In this document: one piece after another, positions 1-9,295 of the stretch
Layout: each line of letters opens with the position of its first letter
How positions within the stretch are numbered: the stretch's first letter is position 1
Assembly: GCA_964373805.1 (NCBI GenBank)
Contig: CAYJWF010000004.1
Coordinates: forward strand, 1,891-65,890
DNA: 64,000 nucleotides
Reading direction: 5' to 3'
From: an uncultured Planctomycetia bacterium
Lineage (GTDB): Bacteria > Omnitrophota > Gorgyraeia > 1-14-0-20-64-10
The notes under the pieces: model-generated
Seen by the model: only the letters and a program-made list of their open reading frames with translations
Databases searched by the model: none
Told to the model about the DNA's origin: nothing
Translations under genes and position numbers: made by a program

Positions 1-395
1 AGCTTGAGACACCCATGGGCCGCCTCTTCGGTCAAGCGATCGGCGTTGGCAACGATCCCTACCTTCCATCGACCGGTGTGCGGCGTCAACGCCATCCAAC
101 CGGCGAGGGCCCGAACCTGATCGATTCCGAGCTGACCGGTCTGGGACTCAGAAGTAACGACCATCACATCGGGGAAGATTCCCTTCTCAACCCTCTGACA
201 GGATTCGCACCGATCGCAGGCCTCGGCTCCCATCGACTCACATTCCACCGCCTTGGCCAACTCCAGGGCCAGACGCCGTTTGCCGATCCCTGGAGGACCC
301 ACGAAAAGGTAGGTATGGGCTAATCGATTTTTAAGGAGCTGCCCTCTGATGAGTCGGATCGCCGCTTCATGCCCGACGATATTAGTCCAAGACAC
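1..395 (-). CDS. holB: DNA polymerase III delta-prime subunit, N-terminal part (gene continues beyond window start)
   Basis: Reverse-strand translation gives ...NIVGHEAAIRLIRGQLLKNRLAHTYLFVGPPGIGKRRLALELAKAVECE..., the AAA+ Walker A of delta-prime. A GTG start near 395 overlaps the tmk stop, the usual tmk-holB arrangement. Confidence 0.75.
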   Translation of the reverse strand, partial: MSWTNIVGHEAAIRLIRGQLLKNRLAHTYLFVGPPGIGKRRLALELAKAVECESMGAEACDRCESCQRVEKGIFPDVMVVTSESQTGQLGIDQVRALAGWMALTPHTGRWKVGIVANADRLTEEAAHGCLK

Positions 396-999
396 TTTGG
401 ATCACCTTCCGGATCTTCTGCTGGACTTCTTCCATCGGCCGATCGGCCCGGATCACTCGGAATCGCCGAGGTTCCCGTCGAGCGAGAACCCGATACCCCT
501 GACGGACCTTCCGATGAAAGGAAATGGGCTTTCTCTCCATCCGGTTGGGACGCTGAACCCGACTCAAACCTTGGGCAGCCGGCAGATCCAATAGGATCGT
601 TAGCTGCGGCTTCAATCCACCCGTCGCTAGCCGGCCCATGGTTTCCACCAACCCGAGATCGACTTTCCCGGCGAAGCCTTGATAGACCCAGGTCGAATCC
701 TGGAATCGATCGACGATCACCACCTTCCCGGCCGCCAAGGCCGGATGGATCACTTGGGAAACCAAGACGGCCCGGCTCGCCTCGTATAGACAGAGCTCCA
801 CGATCGGCTCGATCGGCCCGGAACGACATTCCAAAAGGATTCGCCTCAATCTCACACCGAAAGCGGTCCCACCCGGTTCCCGGGTCAAAAGCACCCGAAA
901 ACCCCGCCGCTTAAGCCAGTCCGCGAGCCTCCGACTCTGGGTCGATTTCCCTGCCCCCTCTGGTCCCTCGAAGGTGATGAGGAACCCCCGTCTAAACAC
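382..999 (-). CDS. tmk: thymidylate kinase
   Basis: FEGPEGAGKSTQ P-loop, DRF/LID motifs; 205 aa; GTG start. Confidence 0.9.
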   Translation of the reverse strand: MFRRGFLITFEGPEGAGKSTQSRRLADWLKRRGFRVLLTREPGGTAFGVRLRRILLECRSGPIEPIVELCLYEASRAVLVSQVIHPALAAGKVVIVDRFQDSTWVYQGFAGKVDLGLVETMGRLATGGLKPQLTILLDLPAAQGLSRVQRPNRMERKPISFHRKVRQGYRVLARREPRRFRVIRADRPMEEVQQKIRKVIQSVLD

Positions 1000-2431
1000 G
1001 TTTGCGCACCACGGTTCCGCCGGCGGTATCTTCGAGGAGATAGCCGGACTCTTTCAATTGCATTCGAATTTGATCGGCCTTCTTAAAATCGCCGCGCCGA
1101 CGGGCCTCATCCCGTTCCCGGATGAGTTCTCGAATGGCAACAGGAACTTCCTGTCCGAAGGAAAGGCCCAATACACCGGCCAACTCCTGAAGAACCGTTC
1201 GGACGGCTCGGAGCTTTTTCATCGCCTGAGAACCCCGCTCCTCCAGCCAAGGAAGCGCCTGCGCCACCAAGCCGTACAGGGCCGACAACGCCTCAGGGGT
1301 GTTCAAATCGTCGTCCATCGCCTGAACGAATTTTTCCCGCGCCGCGCGAGCGGCGGGAGGTTCCTCCTCTTCCCCCGGCCCGATCCGCTGATCCACCTGC
1401 GTCAAAAATCCGAAGAGTCGTTCATAGGCGTGGGCCGTCTCTTTAAGTCGCTCCCAGGTAAAATCGATCGGGGATCGGTAGTGGGCGGTCAAGAAGAAGA
1501 GCCTTAACACCTCGGCCGGGTGCCGCTTCAAGGTTTCCTCTATCGTAACAATGTTCCCCACCGATTTCGACATCTTCTGACCGTTCACCGTGAGCAGGCC
1601 GTTGTGCAACCAGACCCTCGCAAACGGTTTGCCGGCGCCTTGCGCTTGGGCGATTTCGTTCTCGTGGTGGGGAAAGATAAGGTCCCCTCCTCCACCGTGG
1701 ATATCGAAGGAGTCCCCGAGAAGAGCGGTCGACATGGTGGAACACTCGATGTGCCAGCCGGGACGCCCCGGCCCCCAAGGACTCGCCCAACTGGGCTCCT
1801 CCGGCTTGGCCCTTTTCCAAAGGGCGAAATCGAGCAGATCTTTTTTCGCTTCCACCGCCTCACTCCGAGCTCCGGCCAACATCTGGTCGGGATTCTGATG
1901 GGACAACTTTCCATACGAAGGGAATTTTCGAACCGAAAAGTAAACGCCGTCGCTCCCCACGTACGCCATCCCTCGGCGAAGAAGCTCCTCCATGAAGGCA
2001 ATCATCTTCGGGAGGTACTCGGTCGCCTTCGGCTCGTGGGTGGGGGATAAAAGGCCCAAGCGAGAGAAGTCGGCCTGGAACCGCTCGGTGAAATGCTCCG
2101 CGACCAGTTGAACCTTCATTTTCAAATCTAAAGGGGTCAGACCCCTTTTGCCCACCTCTTGAAGCTCGCGCAGGTCAGGGGCCTGACCCCAGTGGCGGGC
2201 CCGATCGATGATCTTGTCGTCCAGATCGGTGATGTTGCGCGCGTAGGTGACCTGGTAGCCTTTGAAGATCAGGTACCGCAAAAGAACGTCAAAGACTACC
2301 GCTCCCCGCGCGTGGCCGATGTGGCAGTCATCGTAGACGGTGACCCCACAGACGTAGAGGGTCACTTGAGGTGGATGTAACGGGAGGAATTCCTCTTTGC
2401 GACCAGTCAGCGTATTCACGAGTCGCATCAT
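992..2431 (-). CDS. cysS: cysteinyl-tRNA synthetase
   Basis: HIGH and KMSKS motifs (CHIGHARG, KMSKSVGN); 479 aa. Confidence 0.95.
   Translation of the reverse strand: MMRLVNTLTGRKEEFLPLHPPQVTLYVCGVTVYDDCHIGHARGAVVFDVLLRYLIFKGYQVTYARNITDLDDKIIDRARHWGQAPDLRELQEVGKRGLTPLDLKMKVQLVAEHFTERFQADFSRLGLLSPTHEPKATEYLPKMIAFMEELLRRGMAYVGSDGVYFSVRKFPSYGKLSHQNPDQMLAGARSEAVEAKKDLLDFALWKRAKPEEPSWASPWGPGRPGWHIECSTMSTALLGDSFDIHGGGGDLIFPHHENEIAQAQGAGKPFARVWLHNGLLTVNGQKMSKSVGNIVTIEETLKRHPAEVLRLFFLTAHYRSPIDFTWERLKETAHAYERLFGFLTQVDQRIGPGEEEEPPAARAAREKFVQAMDDDLNTPEALSALYGLVAQALPWLEERGSQAMKKLRAVRTVLQELAGVLGLSFGQEVPVAIRELIRERDEARRRGDFKKADQIRMQLKESGYLLEDTAGGTVVRKRV
2130..2152. repeat. P1 palindrome GGGGTCAGACCCC (A/T-flanked) inside cysS
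   Basis: AAAGGGGTCAGACCCCTTTTGCC; in frame; encodes GKRGLTPL. Confidence 0.85.
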
Positions 2432-2461
2432 TTATAACCAACCGAACGGTTTTTGTTTCAT

Positions 2462-3157
2462 TCACTGTTTCTGGCGGTGCTCTTTGAGCTGCCCCTCGAT
2501 GGCGTCGATCTCGTGCTGGAGTTTCTCTAAGGCCTGGGCTAAGGGATCGGGGAGACTGGTGTGATCCAAGTTGATCCCTGGAAAACGCCGCCCCTCCTGT
2601 CGGACGATGCGGCCCGGGACCCCCACCACCACCGCGTTGGCCGGAACGTCCCGGATCACCACGGCGTTGGCCCCAATCTGGACATCATCAGAAATGGTGA
2701 TGTTGCCAAGCACCTTGGCCCCGGTTCCGATCACCACGTTGTTGCCGATGGTGGGGTGCCGCTTCCCCCGCTCTTTGCCGGTCCCACCGAGGGTTACCCC
2801 CTGGTAGATCGTGACGTTGTCCCTCAAGACCGCGGTCTCACCGACGACCACCCCCATGCCGTGGTCGATGAACAGGCCCTGGCCGATCTGGGCCCCCGGA
2901 TGAATCTCGATTCCGGTCAACCCGCGGCTGGTCTGGGAGATGAGCCGCGCCAAGAACTTTAAGCCCAACCGATGCAAGGCATGAGCGACCCGATGGGAAC
3001 CGATCGCCAACACACTGGGATAAAGGAAAAGGACCTCCCACTCCGATCGGGCCGCCGGGTCTCGCTCCAGGGCGGCTCGAATCTCCCTTTTTAACGAGAC
3101 TCGCATGAAAAGCAACCACCCGACCGCAAAAAATAAAATAACCGCTAGGATCGGCAT
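2462..3157 (-). CDS. cysE: serine O-acetyltransferase
   Basis: Left-handed beta-helix hexapeptide repeats, IHPGAQIG...; 231 aa. Confidence 0.85.
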   Translation of the reverse strand: MPILAVILFFAVGWLLFMRVSLKREIRAALERDPAARSEWEVLFLYPSVLAIGSHRVAHALHRLGLKFLARLISQTSRGLTGIEIHPGAQIGQGLFIDHGMGVVVGETAVLRDNVTIYQGVTLGGTGKERGKRHPTIGNNVVIGTGAKVLGNITISDDVQIGANAVVIRDVPANAVVVGVPGRIVRQEGRRFPGINLDHTSLPDPLAQALEKLQHEIDAIEGQLKEHRQKQ

Positions 3158-4329
3158 CCTTGAAGCAGGACGACCGCGTAGGCGGCCATCGCCTCTTTCG
3201 CACCAATGGGACCTAAACCTTCCATCGTCCGGACCTTCACGTTCACTTGGGATTCCTTAACCTTAAGAAGCCTCGCCACGGAGCTGCGAATCGCCTCTCG
3301 ATGGGGACCTAACCGTGGCTCCTCGGTGATGACCATGAGATCGGCGTTGGAAATTTCAAGTTTCCTGGCTCGAATCAGCCGAAGCGCCTTGGCGATGAAT
3401 CGCTGGCTCGGGGCCCCTTTCCATTTGGAATCGGTATCGGGAAAGTGGCTCCCTAAGTCCCCGGCCCCTGCCGCCCCCAGCATCGCGTCGCAGAGGGCGT
3501 GGAGGAGCACGTCCGCATCGGAGTGACCCAGGAGTCCCTTCTTCGCTGGAATCTTCCTTCCCCCTAAGACGAGCGGCCGGCCCGCGATCAACCGATGAAT
3601 ATCAAACCCAATGCCTACTCGCATATCAAAAGGGGTCTGACCCCTTTTGCCTTTCATCAAGGTTTCCGCCATCAAGAGATCATCCTGAGTGGTCACCTTC
3701 AAATTCCGGGGAGAACCTTCCACGATCCGTACCTTGACCCCCATCGCCTCCACCAAGGCTGCGTCATCCGTTGCGGTAACCCGCCTGATTCTTGCCCGAT
3801 GGTGAGCCGATTCCAACAGATCCCGACGAAACACTTGAGGGGTCTGGATCGCCCAGAGGTGGTTTCGATCCAAGGTTTTGGCCACCCATCCGGCCCTGAC
3901 CTGCTTGATCGTCGGAACCACTGGGATAGCCGCCACGGCCGCTTGCGTCCGTTGGGCGGTCCGGATCGTCTCCATAAGGAGCTCCGATGGGACGAGGGGA
4001 CGAGCCCCATCGTGAACCACCACCCACTCTGCCGATGGAGGAAGCGCCTGCAATCCTCGGAAGACTGAGGCGGTCCGAGAAGCGCCTCCCGGGATGATCT
4101 GAATCACCTTCCGATAGCGGTACTTCTGGACCATCCGTTGGACCGCCGCGACATCGTCCCGATGACTGACCACAACCATCCCATCGATCGGACGAGCCTG
4201 CTCCAAGGCGCTTAAGGTCCAAGACAGCATCGGCCGTCCAGCCAACCGGACGAACGGCTTTCGGACCTTCTTCTTAAAACGTCTGCCCTCTCCAGCAGCT
4301 GGGACAATAGCGACAACCCTAGGTGCCAG
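3145..4329 (-). CDS. ispDF: bifunctional 2-C-methyl-D-erythritol 4-phosphate cytidylyltransferase / 2-C-methyl-D-erythritol 2,4-cyclodiphosphate synthase (IspDF)
   Basis: Tracked ORF starts at a TTG (4245). The same frame upstream encodes the conserved IspD N-terminus VVAIVPAAGEGRRF, right up to an in-frame TAG at 4351-4353. The C-terminal half is IspF (GHSDADVLLHAL...). No ATG/GTG/TTG lies between the TAG and the motif; the start is placed at CTG 4327-4329 by inference. Confidence 0.8.
   Translation of the reverse strand: MAPRVVAIVPAAGEGRRFKKKVRKPFVRLAGRPMLSWTLSALEQARPIDGMVVVSHRDDVAAVQRMVQKYRYRKVIQIIPGGASRTASVFRGLQALPPSAEWVVVHDGARPLVPSELLMETIRTAQRTQAAVAAIPVVPTIKQVRAGWVAKTLDRNHLWAIQTPQVFRRDLLESAHHRARIRRVTATDDAALVEAMGVKVRIVEGSPRNLKVTTQDDLLMAETLMKGKRGQTPFDMRVGIGFDIHRLIAGRPLVLGGRKIPAKKGLLGHSDADVLLHALCDAMLGAAGAGDLGSHFPDTDSKWKGAPSQRFIAKALRLIRARKLEISNADLMVITEEPRLGPHREAIRSSVARLLKVKESQVNVKVRTMEGLGPIGAKEAMAAYAVVLLQGCRS
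3628..3650. repeat. P1 palindrome inside ispDF (IspD-IspF linker)
   Basis: AAAAGGGGTCTGACCCCTTTTGCC; encodes GKRGQTPF. Confidence 0.85.
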
Positions 4330-4350
4330 GTCGACTTTAGACCCCTTTTG

Positions 4351-5379
4351 CTATCTCGCCGCCTTCCAGGCCGCTCGAGAGTTCTCCACCTCCGGCTTGG
4401 CAAAGATCATCCGCCCCGCAGCGGTCTGAAGGACGCTCGTCACCAACACCCGAACCGTCTGCCCGATCAAGGAACGACCCTGTTCGACCACCACCATGGT
4501 CCCGTCATCGAGGTAGGCCACCCCCTGATTGTACTCCTTGCCCTCTTTGATCACCCGGGCCTCCAACAGCTCCCCGGGCAACACCACCGGCTTTAAGGCG
4601 TTGGACAACTCGTTGATGTTAAGCACCGGGACCCCTTGCAGCTCGGACACCTTGTTCAAATTAAAATCGTTGGTCAAGATCTTGGCCCCCATCAGCTTCG
4701 CCAATCGGACGAGCTTCGCGTCCACCTCTTTGGTGTCCGGGAATTCCTCCTCGTGGATCTTCACCTCCACGGAAGGAATCTTCTGCATCCGGGCCAAGAC
4801 GTCCAACCCCCGACGACCTCGGTTGCGCTTGATGGGGTCTTGGCTGTCGGCGATCTGCTGGAGCTCCTTCAAGACAAAACGGGGGATCACCAACCGGCCC
4901 TCGATGAACTGGGTATCACAGATGTCCGCGATCCGCCCATCGATGATGACGCTCGTGTCAAGGATGACGACCTCTTCCCGTTGATCCTGGCGGGTAAACT
5001 TCACATAGGGGATGATGACGTTGAACTCATCCCGACCCCGAACGGCGATGGCCATCCCAAAGTAACAGAAGATCACGACGATCGCCGCCCGAACGGGATT
5101 GCCCAACTCCGGCCCGGTGGGAACCATATCCAAGGTCGTGATGATGAGCCTCGCCATCAACAGCCCAAAGGCCAGCCCAAAGGCGGCGGCCGAGAGGCCG
5201 CGGCTCGAAACCTTCTTCAAGGCCAATTCCAAACCGATCAAGATCAAAGCCACACCGGCTCCCCCCAGGGCTCCGGTCAAGCCCGCCTCGGATCCCCCCA
5301 AGCCCATCAAGGGTCCGATCTGATAACCGACCATGGCCCCTAGGGCCACAAAGAAGAATCGAATGAACCACAGCGTCAT
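4351..5379 (-). CDS. PIN/TRAM domain membrane protein (YacL-like)
   Basis: N-terminal TM helices, PIN domain ([12 protein letters not shown]), C-terminal TRAM-like domain; yacL is the usual neighbour of ispDF. Confidence 0.75.
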   Translation of the reverse strand: MTLWFIRFFFVALGAMVGYQIGPLMGLGGSEAGLTGALGGAGVALILIGLELALKKVSSRGLSAAAFGLAFGLLMARLIITTLDMVPTGPELGNPVRAAIVVIFCYFGMAIAVRGRDEFNVIIPYVKFTRQDQREEVVILDTSVIIDGRIADICDTQFIEGRLVIPRFVLKELQQIADSQDPIKRNRGRRGLDVLARMQKIPSVEVKIHEEEFPDTKEVDAKLVRLAKLMGAKILTNDFNLNKVSELQGVPVLNINELSNALKPVVLPGELLEARVIKEGKEYNQGVAYLDDGTMVVVEQGRSLIGQTVRVLVTSVLQTAAGRMIFAKPEVENSRAAWKAAR

Positions 5380-5400
5380 GGAAAATTCCTCCTGATAACA

Positions 5401-6138
5401 CTATTTCTTCTTGCTCTCCTTGGGACGATAAAGAAGCTTCCAGGGATGGGCCTTGATGTCGGAAGCGATCCCTTTCAGATCCTCGTAGAGATCGTCCTGG
5501 GTCAACAACCGACCGATGGTCCCCTCCCCCTGTCGAACCTTCGCTAAAATGATGTTGCCCTGGTCGAGCATCTGGGACAGCTTCTCGGTAGCCTCCGCCG
5601 AATGGGCGATGGTGTTCTTCAAATCCTCCTGGGTCGCGGGATTGCCGACCACCGCGTGGATGGAGGCGATGGTCTGCTCCAACTGTTGAACCACCCGATA
5701 CCCGGCTTCGACGAGTTGTTCGCTCGGCACCGAATCCTTTCCCTGAAGGACCTCCCCCGAGGTGAGCACCCGGCTGCCCGGGGTTCCGGGGATCACCTCC
5801 AGGTATTTCTCTCCAATGAGTCCCAAGGTATTGATGTAGGCCACCGCATCCTCTTCCACGCGAGCCTGTTTTAAAACCTGTATCCCCAGCTCCGCCTGCA
5901 TCCGCTGCGTGGCCTCGTCTCGGAAGACCCGCACCGAACGGACCTCCCCGACGTTCACCCCGGCCAAACGGACCGGGGCCCCTGCTTCAACCCCGTTGGC
6001 AAAGTTGAACCGCACCCGCAAGGTGTACTGAGGCTTGGCCGTGTAAAAATCGCTGATCGAGAAGACTACGACGGAAAACAGGATGAAGGCAATGAACACA
6101 AACAACCCTATCTTGATCTCTCGGGTATTCCCAGCCAT
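5401..6138 (-). CDS. mlaD: MCE-family lipid transport substrate-binding protein MlaD
   Basis: N-terminal TM anchor plus MCE domain; sits next to the mlaF/mlaE homologs. Confidence 0.75.
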   Translation of the reverse strand: MAGNTREIKIGLFVFIAFILFSVVVFSISDFYTAKPQYTLRVRFNFANGVEAGAPVRLAGVNVGEVRSVRVFRDEATQRMQAELGIQVLKQARVEEDAVAYINTLGLIGEKYLEVIPGTPGSRVLTSGEVLQGKDSVPSEQLVEAGYRVVQQLEQTIASIHAVVGNPATQEDLKNTIAHSAEATEKLSQMLDQGNIILAKVRQGEGTIGRLLTQDDLYEDLKGIASDIKAHPWKLLYRPKESKKK

Positions 6139-6164
6139 GGGACTCCTCTCCTTAAAATACGGCT

Positions 6165-6905
6165 CTAAGCTCCATTCTCATCCCGTTTGCCTAGAATAAA
6201 TTGGCTCACTACAGGATTCGTGGTGGAACGAATCTCCGTTGGCGTTCCTACCTCGATGATTTTCCCATCGTGCAGCATCGCGATTCGATCGGCGATCTTG
6301 TAGGCCGAAACCATATCGTGGGTCACCGCCACGGCAGTCACCTTTAACCGATCGTGCAGTTCCCGAATCAAATCGTTGATGGCATCGGCCATGATGGGAT
6401 CGACGCCGGTGGTCGGTTCGTCGCAGAGGATCACCTTGGGACGAATCGCCAGGGCCCGGGCCAGCCCCACCCGCTTACGCATCCCGCCGGAAAGCTCGGC
6501 CGGCTTTCGATCCTCGATGCCTTGAAGGCCCACCAGCTTCAAACAATCCTTCACCCGATCCTGAATCTCTGGATCGCTCATTCGGGTATGCTCCTTTAAC
6601 GCGAAGGCCACATTTTCCCCGACGGTCAACGAATCGAACAAAGCCGCTCCCTGGAACAGCATCCCAAACTTAAGCCTTAAAGCGGCCAGCACCTCCCCGG
6701 CAACGTGAGCGATGTCTTGACCGTCCACCAGGACCTGGCCCTGATCCGGCTTCACCAAACCGATGATGTGCCGCAGCAAAACCGTTTTCCCCCCTCCCGA
6801 TCGGCCAATGATCACCATCGTCTCGCCGTCCCGTATGGTCAGGTTCACCCCCTTGAGCACCGGATGGCCGTTGAAGTTCTTGTACAGGTTGATGATCTCA
6901 ATCAC
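6165..6905 (-). CDS. mlaF: ABC transporter ATP-binding protein MlaF
   Basis: Walker A GRSGGGKT, signature LSGGMRKRVGLARA, Walker B ILCDEP. Confidence 0.85.
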   Translation of the reverse strand: MIEIINLYKNFNGHPVLKGVNLTIRDGETMVIIGRSGGGKTVLLRHIIGLVKPDQGQVLVDGQDIAHVAGEVLAALRLKFGMLFQGAALFDSLTVGENVAFALKEHTRMSDPEIQDRVKDCLKLVGLQGIEDRKPAELSGGMRKRVGLARALAIRPKVILCDEPTTGVDPIMADAINDLIRELHDRLKVTAVAVTHDMVSAYKIADRIAMLHDGKIIEVGTPTEIRSTTNPVVSQFILGKRDENGA

Positions 6906-6915
6906 CCCGCCACCC

Positions 6916-7812
6916 CTAAGGAAACACGAAGTAAAAGAACGCGGTGAAGAAACAGTCGGCGGCGATGATCAGGATAAAGGAAACCACCACCGAAAAGGTG
7001 GTCGAGCGGCCCACCCCCTCAGCGCCGCCCGACGTCTCGAAACCTTCGTAACAGGCAACCGTCGCGATGATCACGCCAAAGACGACCGCCTTGAGGAGCC
7101 CCGTGAACAGATCCTTAAACCTTAAGGCGTCCCACGTCATGTTCATGTAAAGGCTGGAACCAATCCCCAGCTTGTAGACCCCCACGACGTACCCCCCCAG
7201 GATCCCCACGAGGTCCGCGTAGAGCGTCAAGATCGGCAGCATCGTCACCAGGGCCAGAAGCCGTGGGACCGCCAGATACCGGACCGGATCGGTAGCCAAG
7301 GTTTGCAGAGCGTCGATCTGCTCGGTCACCCGCATGGTCCCTACCTCGGCCGAGATGGAGGCCCCCACCCGACCGGCGATGACGAGAGCCGTGAGCACCG
7401 GCCCTAACTCCCGCACCATGGAGAGGGCAACCAAGGCGCCGATGTACAGCTCCGCCGAGATCTTTTGGAGCTGATAAGCCGTCTGAAGGGCCAACACCAT
7501 CCCGGTAAAGAGGGAGGTGAGGAAAACCAGGGGGAAGCTGGCGACCCCGACCCGCTCCATCTGGAGGAGGATGAGTTCCCATGAACGATTCCGAGCCAAC
7601 CGCTTCCAACGCCACGGGAAGGGGAGATCGACGACCCAACTCCTCCAGGGCAGCGCCAGGATCCCTCCCACCGTCTGCCAGAGGAGGACCGCGGAGCCCC
7701 CCAGGTATTCGAAGAAGGCCAGCGACCCTTCCCCTAAGCCCCCCACCAAACGGCGGGTTACCGCTTCCGCGCCTTGGCCGCTAGAATTTCTTTCGATGTT
7801 CCACCCCGACAA
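6916..7812 (-). CDS. mlaE: ABC transporter permease MlaE
   Basis: MlaE/YrbE-type multi-TM permease pattern; position in the mla cluster. Confidence 0.75.
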   Translation of the reverse strand: MSGWNIERNSSGQGAEAVTRRLVGGLGEGSLAFFEYLGGSAVLLWQTVGGILALPWRSWVVDLPFPWRWKRLARNRSWELILLQMERVGVASFPLVFLTSLFTGMVLALQTAYQLQKISAELYIGALVALSMVRELGPVLTALVIAGRVGASISAEVGTMRVTEQIDALQTLATDPVRYLAVPRLLALVTMLPILTLYADLVGILGGYVVGVYKLGIGSSLYMNMTWDALRFKDLFTGLLKAVVFGVIIATVACYEGFETSGGAEGVGRSTTFSVVVSFILIIAADCFFTAFFYFVFP

Positions 7813-9295
7813 ACTCCTCGTCCCGATCCAACCGAACCTGGACCCTTTGCCCGGAAGAAGACAACGGATACGTCAGCTCCAGCTCCTCGCGCGTCACCGA
7901 TTCCGGTTGAACTTCACGATCCACCTCATAAGCGAGGCCCACCGCCATTCGGTCTTCCGCCGTGGAACGGCGCACGCTCAGGCCCGAAACCGAAGGTCTC
8001 TCGCCCGGCACCTCTACAGGCCGCGCGGGAGACTCCACCCCCAGGGGTCCCACGCGCCAGCCTCCCCCAACCCCTAAACTTCTTTCGGTCGAGGAAAGCC
8101 GCACGTTGGAAAGGAAGTCGCTGCGGCCCAACCGTCGAAGATCGACGGTCCCCTCGATGAGCAGCACGCCGCTTGGCTTGGTGATTTGAGAGTTCTGGAT
8201 CTTTAAGATCGGCCCTTCGCCTCTAAAACGCAGCGTCGCCAGGCGGAATCTCTCCCATCCCAAGGACCCTCCTTCGCTGGAAATCTGGCCTTGGCTTTCC
8301 AGTTGACTTAAGGGGCCGGTCAAGGTGACTCGACCATGAATCGGACCGGAAAGGGTCCATCGCTGAGGTCCAGCAAACCAACGGATCCATCTGTCTAAAT
8401 CGGCCCTTTTAAGCTCCAAGTTCAAGTCCACCGGATAGGGTGGCTTTAAACGAATCCGACCATTCAAAGAGGCCTCTTGCCCCAAAAGCTCCGCCTGCAG
8501 GTGAAGATCGGAACGCTCCACCACCCACCGGACCGTCAGCTGTTCAGGAATTTCTTCCTCCTGGCGCGCCCAGATGGTGATCCTTCCCCCGACCCCATGA
8601 GAAGAAACCTCTTTCTTAAGAACCCCTTCTACCCGCCAGGCTCCTTGGAGTTCGGCCTGTTTCAAGCGGATCGCCTCCCGCGAAAGGGACCATTGGCTGA
8701 CGAAATGACTCCTGGGAAAGTGAGCTCCTTCTTCTACGTTTCTGGCTGCGCCAGCGGCCAGTCTAGGAAAGTCCCGCGCCTCAGCGAGGGGCTCCATCCA
8801 TCCTAAAAGGATCGGCTCCTTAACCGTGCCGCTCAACTCCACCATTCCTTTAAAGAACGGATGCTCCAGGGTGAGCCAACCGTCCCACCCGAGCTGCGAT
8901 GAGTTTTCCTTGGCGTCCTGAGCGGTAAGATGCAAGCGGCCCTGCGCTTCAAGAGGGAGGCCGCCCACCGACAGGGATACCCGAGTCACCGTGATAGAGG
9001 TCACGATACCGTCGCGAAAGAACATCTGTGGATTCTCGAAAGCGCTTCGACTGAAGAGTCGCCAAAGCGATCCTTCCATCTGAAGACGTTCAATCGCCAA
9101 AAAGGAGGGTTTTACGGAAACTCCATAAAGGATCAGTTTCTTGGGAGAAAAGGCCAATCGCTGAATGGATACCGGCGCCTTGAAAAGTTGACTTAAACCT
9201 TGGCTCAACCGAACGCGCCCAACCTGAAGGGCCCAGAAGAATCCTCCAGCGCTCACAAGACTCACGCAGAGAAACGCCCCAAAAAACCGTCTCAA
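7781..9295 (-). CDS. membrane-anchored periplasmic protein, possibly AsmA-like; carries an in-frame repeat element
   Basis: N-terminal TM helix then a 480-aa soluble region; no firm family match; contains repeat R1 encoding [12 protein letters not shown]. Confidence 0.4.
   Translation of the reverse strand: MRRFFGAFLCVSLVSAGGFFWALQVGRVRLSQGLSQLFKAPVSIQRLAFSPKKLILYGVSVKPSFLAIERLQMEGSLWRLFSRSAFENPQMFFRDGIVTSITVTRVSLSVGGLPLEAQGRLHLTAQDAKENSSQLGWDGWLTLEHPFFKGMVELSGTVKEPILLGWMEPLAEARDFPRLAAGAARNVEEGAHFPRSHFVSQWSLSREAIRLKQAELQGAWRVEGVLKKEVSSHGVGGRITIWARQEEEIPEQLTVRWVVERSDLHLQAELLGQEASLNGRIRLKPPYPVDLNLELKRADLDRWIRWFAGPQRWTLSGPIHGRVTLTGPLSQLESQGQISSEGGSLGWERFRLATLRFRGEGPILKIQNSQITKPSGVLLIEGTVDLRRLGRSDFLSNVRLSSTERSLGVGGGWRVGPLGVESPARPVEVPGERPSVSGLSVRRSTAEDRMAVGLAYEVDREVQPESVTREELELTYPLSSSGQRVQVRLDRDEEFVGVEHRKKF
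8733..8800. repeat. R1 repeat element, copy in AsmA-like gene
   Basis: TCTACGTTTCTGGCTGCGCCAGCGGCCAGTCTAGGAAAGTCCCGCGCCTCAGCGAGGGG. Confidence 0.8.

Noticed and set aside
349-914. ORFs 349..594(+), 369..914(+), 320..829(-) overlapping tmk/holB
   Set aside because: Shadow ORFs on the opposite strand or frame of well-supported genes, as expected in GC-rich DNA; no motifs.
1443-2380. ORFs 1443..1820(-), 1520..2050(+), 1585..2001(-), 1590..1898(+), 2159..2380(+) inside cysS
   Set aside because: Overlap the cysS frame; low-complexity Arg/Pro-rich translations typical of GC-rich antisense frames.
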